DNA of 64,000 nt from an uncultured Flavobacteriales bacterium (GTDB taxonomy: Bacteria > Bacteroidota > Bacteroidia > Flavobacteriales > UBA1820): contig CAUHQV010000006.1 in the NCBI GenBank assembly GCA_959608625.1, forward strand, positions 6,498 through 70,497, given 5' to 3'. Within the stretch, counting starts at the first letter, position 1. Every line of letters begins with the position of its first letter. Position numbers and translations under genes: made by a program. Below the pieces are notes generated by a model. That model saw only the letters and a list, made by a program, of their open reading frames with translations. It was not told the DNA's origin and made no database searches. Below, in pieces: positions 45,083-54,752 of the stretch.

Positions 45083-48000
45083 TCAGTCGCCGAGCAGTTG
45101 GGATAGCATATCCTTGATTTCCTTGATATTGATAGGCTTGGTCATCACCCGGTCGCACCCGGCGTTAATCGCTTCGTCCCGGTCGGAACCGAATGCATAA
45201 GCCGTCAGGGCAATGATAGGGATATCTTTGTCCGCTTTACGGATCTCCGCCGTGGCTTCAAGCCCACTCATCACCGGCATCTTTATATCCATCAGGATAA
45301 GGTCCGGCTTTATTTCATGATACAGGCGGACCGCCTCGGCCCCGTTCACCGCCCGGGTAAGACGGTATTTTTTTTTCAGGATAGTGGACAGCAAAAGATA
45401 GTTACTGTCGTTATCCTCGGCCACAAGGATCGATTTCCCGTGCATTTTCATAGGTTCTTTCACCGGTTGGTTCGGTTGGTTTTCTGAAAAAGGAACATTT
45501 GTATCCTGTTCGGATAATGGGACGGCCGGTATGGTGAACCAGAATGTAGAGCCTTTGCCCTCCTCGGATTCCACCCCGATCTTTCCACCCAGATGCTTGA
45601 CGATCACATCGCAGATAGACAGGCCCAGGCCCGTACCCTGGACGAAAGCGTCGCATTTGACAAAACGTTCGAACACACGTGCCTGGTTTTCCCGGGAAAT
45701 ACCTTTCCCGGTATCCGTCACGTAGAAATACAATTCCTTGCCCACATGCTTGTATCCCATCCTGACAGAGCCTTTCGAAGTATATTTGGATGCATTACTC
45801 AGGAAATTCGAAAGTACCTGTGTCAGTCTGTTTTTTTCCGAATGGATGACGCAGGATTCATCCGGAAGTTCACAGACCAGATCGACCTCCGGTTTTATCC
45901 GCTGCCGGTATACTTGTTCCAACTGCCGGAAAACGGTACATATATCCACGTCGGTGTAGACGAACTCCAACTGCCCGGATTCGATCTTGGAAAGGTCGAG
46001 AATATCGTTGATCAGTTGCAGCAGCAGTTCGTTATTGGTCTGTACGATATTGTAATATTCCCGTACCTGTTCTTTGTCCTCGGTCTCGGCGATCAGGTTG
46101 GAAAATCCGACGATCGCATTGAGCGGAGTACGGATTTCATGGCTCATATTGGCTAAAAATGCGCTTTTCAGCCGGCTGGATTCCTCGGCCTTATCGCGCA
46201 GTACGACGAGCTCTTCATTGATCTTTTTCATCTCCGAAATATCCCGGCGCAACCCGCTGACGGTAATCACCCGGCCCTGTTCGTCACGGGCAAACACCAC
46301 GCCGTACATTTCCACCCACCGGTAACCGCTGCCTGTCAGATTGGCCCGGGCTTCGAGCGTAAGGGTATCCACATTCCCCTGGGAAAGCTGTTCGAGACCG
46401 TGCAGGAGTAAGGAGGCGTCTTGCGGATGGATCACCGTCATGAACTTTTCCAAGGGTAACCCCTGGTGGAGGAACGACTGGGGATCCGGCGAGGAAAACG
46501 TCCGGGAAGGCACATCGTAATCCCATTGGACAAAACCGCCCGAGCGCCTGACCATATCGAATTTAAACGCGTATTCATGCAGCTTCTGCTCGCCCTCTAC
46601 CCTATGGGTGATGTTTTTTTCCGTACCTATGATCTGTTCGGTGCGGCCGAACGGGTCTTTAATGACCGTGGCGTATATTTCGAACCATTCGTATTGTCCC
46701 TGCTGGTCAAAGCGCAGGATTTCCTTTGTGTTTTCTTTTTCCCCGCGGATAAGGCCTTCCATCATCGCCCTGAATTTGGGAAGGTCGTCCGGGTGTACCC
46801 GCTCGTATGCATCTTCCAGATGGAATCCGTCGCCCGAAATAGTCTGGCTGTGCAGGGATGCAAACCAATTCTTTTCGGGATTGTAATTCCAGGCAGCCAG
46901 CGCCCCGGCATCCATCGCAATGGACAGCTTTTGCTTCGCATTATACAGTTCCCTTTCCTTTTCGCGGTCCTGGGTGAGGTCTACCAGCACGGTGATGATA
47001 TAGCACGCCCCGTCGTTGTTTATTAGTTTGCTCTTGGTGGCCATCCCGCTGCGAATCAAATTCCCATTCTCATCATACACATACCGATCGAAAGTAAGCG
47101 GCTCATCGCTTTCCAGCGTCTTCAGATCGTCCGCCCGATATTCTTCTGCCGATAGGGCCCCGGCCTCGAAATCGTTTTTCCCTACCTGCAGGCGATGACC
47201 GGAAGAATTATAGAAATCGTGTGATTTTTCGTTGCACAGCATATAACGAAATTCGTCCGAAACGTTTTTAATATGCAATCCCACCGGAAGGTTATCTACT
47301 ATGGATTGTAAAAAGGTTTGCAGCCTCGAAACTTCTTTTTTGGCTGCTATGTGAGCGGTCGCATCGTGGACGAAGCAAATGACCCCGTCTTCGTAAGGGG
47401 CCGAACGGGCATCCAGATAAGTAACGCCCCGTTTGCTTTCGACCTTATAATGAAAAGAACATATCCCGCCCGTAGAGGCCGTCTGGCGGATATTTTGAGC
47501 CATTTTGCGTCCCTCTTCCGGCGACGAATGAAGGATCCCTTCCAGTTCATCGACATGCCTGCCGATCAGGTTTCCGGTCTCCATATCCTCGCGGGGATTG
47601 ATGATCTCCCGTATCCGGAGGTCCCGGTCGAAAATGACCGCCATATTGGGCATCATTTCTACCAAGCGCTTCATTTTAGCATTGGCCTTCAGGTAGGTTT
47701 TCTCCTGCTTCTTCCGGTGAAAAGCCACCAGAACCAGTATGGTGACAAGGGCAAGGAACAAAAGGGTGACCATCACCGTCTCCCACAGGTATTCCCGGAA
47801 TATGGAAGGCTCCCGATTATAAAGGACAGCCCCGGCTGGCAGCCGGGAAAGGTCTATCTCTGCGTTCTTTAAAGTCACATAGTTGATGTGGTAACGGGGC
47901 TGCACGGGCATGGGCCCGAAGGCAGGAACGTTCCCGATCCCCCGGGTCAATACCTGGTAGGTGAGTTCGGCCAGGGCCTTCCCCCTTTCGCGGGAGGAGA

Positions 48001-48874
48001 CGTAATACCCTCCCAGTTCGCTTATATTGGTTAAACCCCAATCGGACATCATATAGACAAACTTCGAATAATCCCAGTTCAACTCGTTGTTGAGCATGGA
48101 ATAAGCGTGCCGGTAATGATCTGCGTCGGTATACCATCCGGCGGATAGCAGTGCATAGGCCCGATCCATCCCGGCTATCGTATCGAGAACGTCCTGAGTC
48201 GAAAATTCCGACCCGCTGAGGTATACCATATCTTCGAACCCGGCCTTGGATGCCATTTCGGCGAGATACTTCCGGAAAAAAGTCAGGTTGTGGGGATCGT
48301 CGTAAAGAAAAACAAGATGGCGCGCTTCGGGCTGGAGCCGGCGGATCAACTCAAAATTTTGTTCAAAATAGTCCTCAAGATAGTACCCCGTCACATGGAA
48401 ATCCCCAAAAGTATCTTCGATGGGCCGCAGATCCCCGACATTATGTATCGTATCGGCTAAAGGATTGAAAGAATCGAAGAACTTTCTTTTCACTCCAGCC
48501 AATACGACGGGAATATCCTTCCAGTCATCGGGACAGGTGTCGCGGTAGGCTGCCCAAGCTTCCTGTTCCTGGATGATGACCACCGCCGGTTTTTTGGAAT
48601 ACGACTTGAAAAGCTGCGCCATCCAGTCCTTCCCGTGCAAAAGTCCTTCGTAGGACTCCGCATCCATGTATTCCACGGTTATCTTGTTGCTTATCCTTGG
48701 ACCCAGATCCTCGATAAAATACAGGACAGTGTTCATCGTTCCATCCCGAGACGGGGAATGGGAACTGAGGAACAGCACAGGGGCCCCATTGTCCGCTGCA
48801 GTACCGCATATTCCCGGAATCCCGAAAAGGAAAAACAGGAAGAGTATCCATATAGGTAGATGTCCCGATCTCAT
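45083..48874 (-). CDS. hybrid sensor histidine kinase/response regulator (periplasmic sensor, multiple PAS, HisKA, HATPase_c, REC)
   Basis: 1263 aa. Signal/TM, ~330-aa periplasmic domain, TM (VMVTLLFLALVTILVLVAF), about 4-5 PAS-like modules, H-box SAFLANMSHEIRTPLNAIVGFS identical to the neighbour, DTGKGI/GTGLGLSI, and REC with LILMDIKMPVMSG. Confidence 0.92.
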   Translation of the reverse strand: MRSGHLPIWILFLFFLFGIPGICGTAADNGAPVLFLSSHSPSRDGTMNTVLYFIEDLGPRISNKITVEYMDAESYEGLLHGKDWMAQLFKSYSKKPAVVIIQEQEAWAAYRDTCPDDWKDIPVVLAGVKRKFFDSFNPLADTIHNVGDLRPIEDTFGDFHVTGYYLEDYFEQNFELIRRLQPEARHLVFLYDDPHNLTFFRKYLAEMASKAGFEDMVYLSGSEFSTQDVLDTIAGMDRAYALLSAGWYTDADHYRHAYSMLNNELNWDYSKFVYMMSDWGLTNISELGGYYVSSRERGKALAELTYQVLTRGIGNVPAFGPMPVQPRYHINYVTLKNAEIDLSRLPAGAVLYNREPSIFREYLWETVMVTLLFLALVTILVLVAFHRKKQEKTYLKANAKMKRLVEMMPNMAVIFDRDLRIREIINPREDMETGNLIGRHVDELEGILHSSPEEGRKMAQNIRQTASTGGICSFHYKVESKRGVTYLDARSAPYEDGVICFVHDATAHIAAKKEVSRLQTFLQSIVDNLPVGLHIKNVSDEFRYMLCNEKSHDFYNSSGHRLQVGKNDFEAGALSAEEYRADDLKTLESDEPLTFDRYVYDENGNLIRSGMATKSKLINNDGACYIITVLVDLTQDREKERELYNAKQKLSIAMDAGALAAWNYNPEKNWFASLHSQTISGDGFHLEDAYERVHPDDLPKFRAMMEGLIRGEKENTKEILRFDQQGQYEWFEIYATVIKDPFGRTEQIIGTEKNITHRVEGEQKLHEYAFKFDMVRRSGGFVQWDYDVPSRTFSSPDPQSFLHQGLPLEKFMTVIHPQDASLLLHGLEQLSQGNVDTLTLEARANLTGSGYRWVEMYGVVFARDEQGRVITVSGLRRDISEMKKINEELVVLRDKAEESSRLKSAFLANMSHEIRTPLNAIVGFSNLIAETEDKEQVREYYNIVQTNNELLLQLINDILDLSKIESGQLEFVYTDVDICTVFRQLEQVYRQRIKPEVDLVCELPDESCVIHSEKNRLTQVLSNFLSNASKYTSKGSVRMGYKHVGKELYFYVTDTGKGISRENQARVFERFVKCDAFVQGTGLGLSICDVIVKHLGGKIGVESEEGKGSTFWFTIPAVPLSEQDTNVPFSENQPNQPVKEPMKMHGKSILVAEDNDSNYLLLSTILKKKYRLTRAVNGAEAVRLYHEIKPDLILMDIKMPVMSGLEATAEIRKADKDIPIIALTAYAFGSDRDEAINAGCDRVMTKPINIKEIKDMLSQLLGD

Positions 48875-49055
48875 GGTGGAATTAAAGAGTAAAAGTATCT
48901 AAATATCCGTAATAACGCATTATAAAAACATGATTTTATTTACAGGGAATGTCCGGTGGTGGTATGGCCCTCTGTCTTTTTTTCCCGGAAATCCAGAGTC
49001 GTAAAAAGTGGAGGCATCTTATCTGCCGAAAACCTTTTTTCAGCCAATAAATTCT

Positions 49056-49063
49056 TACTTTTG
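49056..49063 (+). promoter_or_regulatory. Bacteroidota -7 promoter box (TACTTTTG) for the EEP-family gene
   Basis: Perfect TAnnTTTG, 32 nt upstream of the ATG at 49095. Supports the internal start. Confidence 0.5.
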
Positions 49064-49094
49064 TTCGGAATTTTCACCTAAATCCACAAGTCCT

Positions 49095-50183
49095 ATGGCG
49101 CGCAAAGCCGTCTTTTACCTGGTAGATTCTTTGATAGCTGCGGCGACGGTAGCCGTCGTAATGCTCAGTATAGCCGGGTGGGGGGCTGGACAGGCCGACC
49201 CCTGCCGATGGGGGAGCATCGCCCTGATAGGGTTGGCCCTTCCCGTACTTCTGATAGCCGATCTCGTTTTGGGAGTCTTTTGGGCACTGAAAAAACGCTG
49301 GTGGGGCCTTCTTCCGCTTGCCGCTTTGGTATTGAACGGGAGTTTTATTTTTTCCTGTTTCCGGATACCGGCAGACAGCTCCGAGAAACCGTACGACCTG
49401 AAAATAGGCACATACAACGTTTATGGGTTCCGCAGCGAACGCGATCTCCGGTTCTCCGTAGAACACGTCGCCCAAGTGATGCAGCGGGAGGGAGCGGACG
49501 TAGTTTGCCTGCAGGAATTCCTCACCGGCCACCGATACGACGCGGACAGCATCCGGAAAGCCTTCGGGTACCTGCCATATTCTTATATTCCTGAAAATCA
49601 CGGAAAACCCGGCACAATAGCCCTTTTCAGCCGTTTCCCCATTACGGATTCGTCCTTTATTCCCTTCCCCGATACGGACAACAGTTCTCTTTGGGCGGAT
49701 ATTTCCGTAAAGGGGCATACGATCCGTATATTCAACAACCACCTCCAGACCACAAGCATCAGCCAAAGCCGGGCGGAAATGGCCACCCTGAAAAAAATAA
49801 GCGCCGGGGAAATGAGCCCGGCCACGGAAAAAGCGATGGAAACCGTGATCGGAAGATTGAAGAGCAATTTCTGCCGCCGCGCGGCCCAGGTGGAAATGGT
49901 TCGCGCCATTATCGATACGACAAAGAGCCCGGTAGTGGTTTGCGGGGACTTCAACGACACCCCGGCTTCCTATGTATACCGCCGGATGAAACAGGGGTTG
50001 TCGGACGGGTTCAAAACCTGCGGCAGCGGATACGGATATACATACAGGGGGTTCTGGCGTTTGCTCAGGATCGATTATATATTGCATAGCCCGGCCTTGG
50101 AAGGGGTGCGGTACTATTCTCCTTCGGAGCCCTGGAGCGATCATAATCCTGTATTCATGGAGATATCCCTGAACAATATTTAG
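49095..50183 (+). CDS. membrane-anchored endonuclease/exonuclease/phosphatase (EEP) family protein (YafD/VanJ-like architecture)
   Basis: Internal ATG 49095. ~4 N-terminal TM helices, then EEP motifs IGTYNVYGF, VVCLQEF, FNNHLQT, VVCGDFND, SDHNPV. A TACTTTTG box lies 32 nt upstream. Confidence 0.82.
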   Translation: MARKAVFYLVDSLIAAATVAVVMLSIAGWGAGQADPCRWGSIALIGLALPVLLIADLVLGVFWALKKRWWGLLPLAALVLNGSFIFSCFRIPADSSEKPYDLKIGTYNVYGFRSERDLRFSVEHVAQVMQREGADVVCLQEFLTGHRYDADSIRKAFGYLPYSYIPENHGKPGTIALFSRFPITDSSFIPFPDTDNSSLWADISVKGHTIRIFNNHLQTTSISQSRAEMATLKKISAGEMSPATEKAMETVIGRLKSNFCRRAAQVEMVRAIIDTTKSPVVVCGDFNDTPASYVYRRMKQGLSDGFKTCGSGYGYTYRGFWRLLRIDYILHSPALEGVRYYSPSEPWSDHNPVFMEISLNNI

Positions 50184-51322
50184 GGCTGTTTTTTCGGGAT
50201 CGAAAAACTGAATGTAGATCCCATTCTCTCTTCCGAAACGAACCAGAGTTTTCCCCCGTTCTTCACAGCAAAATCCTGGCATAATAAAAGTCCGAGACCC
50301 GACCCTTCTTCGTTTTTAGTGCCGAAGGTGGAAAAATGGGTGTCCGAATGGAGCAGTTTTCCCTGGTCTTCCTCTTTGATGCCGCGCCCGTAATCCCGGA
50401 TACTGATCACGGCAAAATCGTCCTCTTCCCGGACGGATACGTCGATATTTCCTCCTTCGTTGCTGAATTTGATGGCGTTGCTCAATAGGTTCCTTATTAC
50501 GGTCTTCACCATATCGGTATCCGCATGGACTTCGAGGTTCGCCGGGAAATCGGTACGGATATTGATCTTTTTGAGTGCCGCTACCGACGCGAATACCTCT
50601 ATGACACTCTGGGCCACGTCTACTGCATTGAAATTCTGATAGGCCACGTTCAAACGTCCGAGCTGGCTTTTAGTCCATTTAAGCAGGTTGTCGAGCAAGG
50701 CAAAGACCTCCTCCGTCGTCTGGTTGGCCATGCCGAGCATCTCGAAGGAATCCTCCCCGATACTTTTAGGATCGGTACTCAACAGAAGCATATTGAGCAT
50801 CATCTTGATCGAACCCATAGGCCCCCGAAGGTCGTGCGCGATGACCGAATACAGCTTATCGCGGCCCTTTATAGTGCTGATAAGCTCCTCTGTCTGGCGC
50901 AGGATGATATTTTTGGCGGCGATCAGGGATATCTGATGGGATATGCGGATAATGAGCTCTTCCTTATTGAACGGCTTGGAAATAAAGTCGCTGCCGCCCG
51001 ACTGAAATCCCTTCACGATATCGGCCGTGCTGTTGAGGGCTGTCAGGAAAATGATGGGAATATCCTTGTATCTCGGATCCGATTTCAATTGCTTGGCCAC
51101 ATCGAATCCGCTGATGTCCGGCATCATCACATCGAGCAGAATCAAATCGATAGGCTCCTGCTCGACCGCTTTCAAGGCTTCGGTACCGTTTCCGGCAGTT
51201 ACCGTCCGGTATTTTTCGTTCTTGAGCAGCGCTTTGAGCAAAAGCACGTTCGAAAGGATGTCGTCGACTATCAGTATCTTATAGTCGGACGGCTCGATGT
51301 CTACGTTCAATATTTTATCCAT
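50180..51322 (-). CDS. REC-first hybrid histidine kinase (REC, HisKA, HATPase_c), cytoplasmic
   Basis: 380 aa. REC ILIVDD...LILLDVMMPDISG...FISKPF, H-box SVIAHDLRGPMGSI, NAIKFS, DYGRGI, GSGLGLLL. No TM segment. Confidence 0.88.
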   Translation of the reverse strand: MDKILNVDIEPSDYKILIVDDILSNVLLLKALLKNEKYRTVTAGNGTEALKAVEQEPIDLILLDVMMPDISGFDVAKQLKSDPRYKDIPIIFLTALNSTADIVKGFQSGGSDFISKPFNKEELIIRISHQISLIAAKNIILRQTEELISTIKGRDKLYSVIAHDLRGPMGSIKMMLNMLLLSTDPKSIGEDSFEMLGMANQTTEEVFALLDNLLKWTKSQLGRLNVAYQNFNAVDVAQSVIEVFASVAALKKINIRTDFPANLEVHADTDMVKTVIRNLLSNAIKFSNEGGNIDVSVREEDDFAVISIRDYGRGIKEEDQGKLLHSDTHFSTFGTKNEEGSGLGLLLCQDFAVKNGGKLWFVSEERMGSTFSFSIPKKQP

Positions 51323-51340
51323 AACTACAGTTGCCCGGCT

Positions 51341-52303
51341 CTATGCGAGGACTTCGTTCTTAAAATACGCAATCGTCTTTACCAGACCTTCCTCCAACTC
51401 TATATCCGTTACATAGTTCAGTTTTTTCCGGGACAGGGTTACGTCCGGGCTGCGCTGTTTGGGGTCATCCGCCGGGCAGGGCAAAAATACGATTCTGGAC
51501 GAAGAACCGGTAAGCCTTATGACATTTTCTGCCAGCTGAAGGATGGTAAATTCTTTGGGGTTGCCCAGGTTGACCGGCCCGATGAAAGAATCGTCCTGCG
51601 CCATCATCCGCACCATCCCCTCTATCAGGTTGTCTATGTACTGGAAGCTTCGGGTCTGTTTTCCGTCCCCATAGATCGTAATGTCCTCCCCTTTGAGGGC
51701 CTGCAGGATAAAATTGGACACTACCCGCCCGTCGTTAGGCTGCATCAGCGGGCCGTACGTATTGAATATACGGATCACTTTGATCTTGGCCCCGAGTTGG
51801 GAGTGGTAATCGAAAAACAAAGTCTCTGCGCAGCGTTTTCCCTCGTCATAGCACGAGCGCGGCCCGATAGGATTTACGTTCCCGAAATACCGTTCGTTCT
51901 GCGGGTGTTCCAACGGGTCTCCGTATACTTCGCTGGTGGATGCCTGCATGATCTTCGCCCCGGATGAACGGGCCAGTTCCAGCATATTGATCGCACCCAG
52001 GACAGATGTTTTCAAAGTACGGATCGGGTCGCTCTGGTAATGGATCGGGGAGGCCGGACAGGCCAAATTGTATATCTCGTCCACCGGAGTATCGTACGGC
52101 ATAGTAACATCGTGCTCGACTAGCTCGAAGTCGGGATCTTTTTCCAGGGAAGCCACACTGGAGCGGTTTCCGGTAAGAAAATTATCCAGGCAAATGACAT
52201 GGTTTCCCTCGGCGAGCAATCTTTTGCAAAGGTGGGCTCCTATGAAGCCCGCGCCTCCGGTGACCAAAATACGTTTCTTCATTCTCTCTTTCAGTCTAAT
52301 CAA
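51341..52303 (-). CDS. UDP-glucuronate decarboxylase (UDP-xylose synthase), extended SDR
   Basis: [33 protein letters not shown] and the YDEGKR catalytic YxxxK are UXS-like throughout. The likely true start is MKKRILV at 52282. Confidence 0.88.
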   Translation of the reverse strand: MIRLKERMKKRILVTGGAGFIGAHLCKRLLAEGNHVICLDNFLTGNRSSVASLEKDPDFELVEHDVTMPYDTPVDEIYNLACPASPIHYQSDPIRTLKTSVLGAINMLELARSSGAKIMQASTSEVYGDPLEHPQNERYFGNVNPIGPRSCYDEGKRCAETLFFDYHSQLGAKIKVIRIFNTYGPLMQPNDGRVVSNFILQALKGEDITIYGDGKQTRSFQYIDNLIEGMVRMMAQDDSFIGPVNLGNPKEFTILQLAENVIRLTGSSSRIVFLPCPADDPKQRSPDVTLSRKKLNYVTDIELEEGLVKTIAYFKNEVLA

Positions 52304-52318
52304 TTTTTAATCAGTAGA

Positions 52319-52326
52319 CAAATTTA
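52319..52326 (-). promoter_or_regulatory. Bacteroidota -7 promoter box (TAAATTTG) for the UDP-xylose synthase gene
   Basis: Perfect TAnnTTTG on the minus strand in the AT-rich 134-nt spacer after the last glycosyltransferase. It is 37 nt upstream of the MKKRILV start (52282). Confidence 0.5.
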
Positions 52327-52437
52327 GCATTATTTAACCGTCGATTTCAATTATCGGATCGTTTTTATCTTCATTGTTTCGTTTTTCATGTGTCAAAATA
52401 CTATTTTAGTTTCAGTTATTATTAAAATCCCTGTTAA

Positions 52438-53613
52438 TCAACCCCTGCGGGCTTTTTCCCAGGTTCCTTTTCCCTTGTTGCGCCGCAGATAGAACATTCC
52501 CCGTATCACGTTCGCGTTCATGAACAGGAAATAATATGGTACGAAAGCCCACCGGGGCACCTTTCCTTTCTCCGCACACAGGTATCCGTATCCTGCCGCC
52601 GCATAGAACACCGCCTGCAATCCCAATAGGGTTCCATACAGAAAAACACGCTCTCCGCCCGCCACCAAGAGGATATTAAGCGGAATCAGCAGGAACAGCG
52701 CGACGGGAGCTGCCGACCAGCGCAATACCTTGCGCGAAATATATTGGAAACTCAGAGTTCTGTAGCGGAATACATTCAGCAACCCCCGCAGCCTTCCTAT
52801 CGACTGAAGGCCCCCGGCGGCGATCCTCACTTTGCGCTTGGCCTCTTCCCGCATATCGGCGGAGGCCGTTTCACAGGCGTATGCCTGCTTGCAGTAAGCG
52901 ATCTTATACCCTTTGCGCGCGATCTCCATCGAAAGGATGAAATCGTCCAGCAGCGTATCCGGCGGAAGGGCGATATACAACGGGGTACGGATAGCGAACA
53001 GCTCCCCCGCCGCCCCTACGGTCGTATACAGCCGGTCGTCCAGCGCCTTGAGTACCGATTCGTATTTCCAGTAAATGCCTTCCCCCGCCGTAGCGCCCTG
53101 CCCCTGGCGGCTGACGACGCGTTTCTCGCCCGCTACACAGCCTACCCGGGGATCGGAAAAAGCCTTGGCGATTTCCAGGATAGCCTCGGGATTGAGCATC
53201 GTATTGGCGTCCGTATACGCGGTAATAGGGGTGGAAATATAGGGCATCGCCCGGTTGAAGGCTGCCGCTTTTCCCGCCCGAGGGCCGCCGGAAATAAGTT
53301 GTATCCCGGGATAGGCCGACAAAAGCCGGTCTGTACCGTCGGTAGAACCGTCCGTTACCCAGGCTATCGTCAGTTTTTTCTCCGGATACTGCAGCGCCCG
53401 GCAATTGGCCATTTTTTCCTCCACTACCGATTCCTCGTTGTAGGCGGCTATCAGCAAGGTGATCTCGGGCCACTGGTCCGGGGCTTTTCTTTCCGCCGGG
53501 CGGCGGAAAAATTCCTTGACCTTCACCAGCACATAAAGCAACAGCCCGTAACCTACATACGTATAGACTACCAGAAATACACACATCCAAAATACGACCT
53601 CAATCCATCCCAT
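52438..53613 (-). CDS. membrane-embedded family 2 glycosyltransferase (PgaC/NodC/cellulose-synthase-like topology)
   Basis: 391 aa. N-terminal TM, LLIAAYNEESV, VTDGSTDGT, YTDANTM (DxD-like), then a degenerate QxxRW position (KRKVRIAAGG), then 3-4 C-terminal TM helices. Confidence 0.8.
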   Translation of the reverse strand: MGWIEVVFWMCVFLVVYTYVGYGLLLYVLVKVKEFFRRPAERKAPDQWPEITLLIAAYNEESVVEEKMANCRALQYPEKKLTIAWVTDGSTDGTDRLLSAYPGIQLISGGPRAGKAAAFNRAMPYISTPITAYTDANTMLNPEAILEIAKAFSDPRVGCVAGEKRVVSRQGQGATAGEGIYWKYESVLKALDDRLYTTVGAAGELFAIRTPLYIALPPDTLLDDFILSMEIARKGYKIAYCKQAYACETASADMREEAKRKVRIAAGGLQSIGRLRGLLNVFRYRTLSFQYISRKVLRWSAAPVALFLLIPLNILLVAGGERVFLYGTLLGLQAVFYAAAGYGYLCAEKGKVPRWAFVPYYFLFMNANVIRGMFYLRRNKGKGTWEKARRG

Positions 53614-54742
53614 CGTTTTTCTTATTTAAAACCTCGTCCAATACTTTCTGCATCTGTGCCACCCACGACAATCCCGCGACCGAACTGCGTATCTGTGCCG
53701 GAGTAAGGGTATTATTCCGGCAAAACCGGACTACCGCCGCGATATCGAGCGGACTTTCATCGGCCGGAGCTTTCATCACGTAAGGCGTCGCATCGAAATC
53801 TCTGTCCGTTTCCGAATAGACGAACGGGATACCGCGGGCGGCATATTCCCGGTTTTTCAGCGTTTTTATACGGTCTATTCCACACCGGTGGCGCCCCAGA
53901 CTGGCAATACCCATATCGGCATTCTCAAAAATCGCATCGAGTTCCGCCCCGGACTTCGGCCCGTGGAAGATTACCCGGTCTTCCAAGTGATATTTTATGG
54001 CCAGCGCCTGTAGCATTTCCAACTGCGAAAACACCCCGCTGCCCACCACATGGAATTCCACTTCCTGCACCGGGGATGTCCTGTAGTATTCGGCCAATCC
54101 TTCGATGACACGGTCGAAACCATGCCAGAAGTGTATATCGGCCACTCCCATGAGGCGGATTACAGCTCCCGGCCGGTTTTCGGAGACTTTTACCGGAATA
54201 GCCCCGAAATCGATCCCGTTGGATATCCGGATGGTCGGCACACCGAAAATGGAGGGAAAGTCGGAAAAGGTCACGATCCGGGAAAGCCGGCGGGCCATCG
54301 CCCCCCGGAATATTTTGTCCGCTTGCAAGACGGCCCTGGCCCGTAGCGGAGCGCGGCTGTACTCACTGTCGTAGGGGTACGTGGGTATCTCCATGACCAC
54401 TTTCACCCCCATGCGTTTCATCTGCCCGAGCCAACGGTTCAAAAAGGGATTGGCGTTATGGTCGGCGCGCATATAAACGAACTCCACGCCATTCTCCCGG
54501 ATATAGCGGGTCAGTGCCCCGTAGCGTATTCTTTTCCCGATCTTCCCCCGGGTACCAGGCCCGAAATCCTCTACGACCTGCCCTCCGGCCATCCGTTTCC
54601 AGTGCCCGTCGGCCGAGCAAGCCACATAGCACAGTTCTACCTCCAGCCCACATTCCCGAAGGGCAGCGAGCTGGGAGAAAATTTTCTTGCTGATGCCGTT
54701 ATGGGCGGCAAAACCGTGGAAGACCAAAAACAATCCTTTCAT
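53600..54742 (-). CDS. glycosyltransferase (GT-B fold, family 1/4-like)
   Basis: 380 aa. Two-Rossmann organisation with a C-terminal half ...VGSGVFSQLEMLQALAIKYHLEDRVIFHGPKSGAELDAIFENADMGIASL...EYAARGIPFV resembling GT1 donors. Assignment is by eye only. Confidence 0.65.
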   Translation of the reverse strand: MKGLFLVFHGFAAHNGISKKIFSQLAALRECGLEVELCYVACSADGHWKRMAGGQVVEDFGPGTRGKIGKRIRYGALTRYIRENGVEFVYMRADHNANPFLNRWLGQMKRMGVKVVMEIPTYPYDSEYSRAPLRARAVLQADKIFRGAMARRLSRIVTFSDFPSIFGVPTIRISNGIDFGAIPVKVSENRPGAVIRLMGVADIHFWHGFDRVIEGLAEYYRTSPVQEVEFHVVGSGVFSQLEMLQALAIKYHLEDRVIFHGPKSGAELDAIFENADMGIASLGRHRCGIDRIKTLKNREYAARGIPFVYSETDRDFDATPYVMKAPADESPLDIAAVVRFCRNNTLTPAQIRSSVAGLSWVAQMQKVLDEVLNKKNDGMD

Positions 54743-54752
54743 ATCTTACAGG

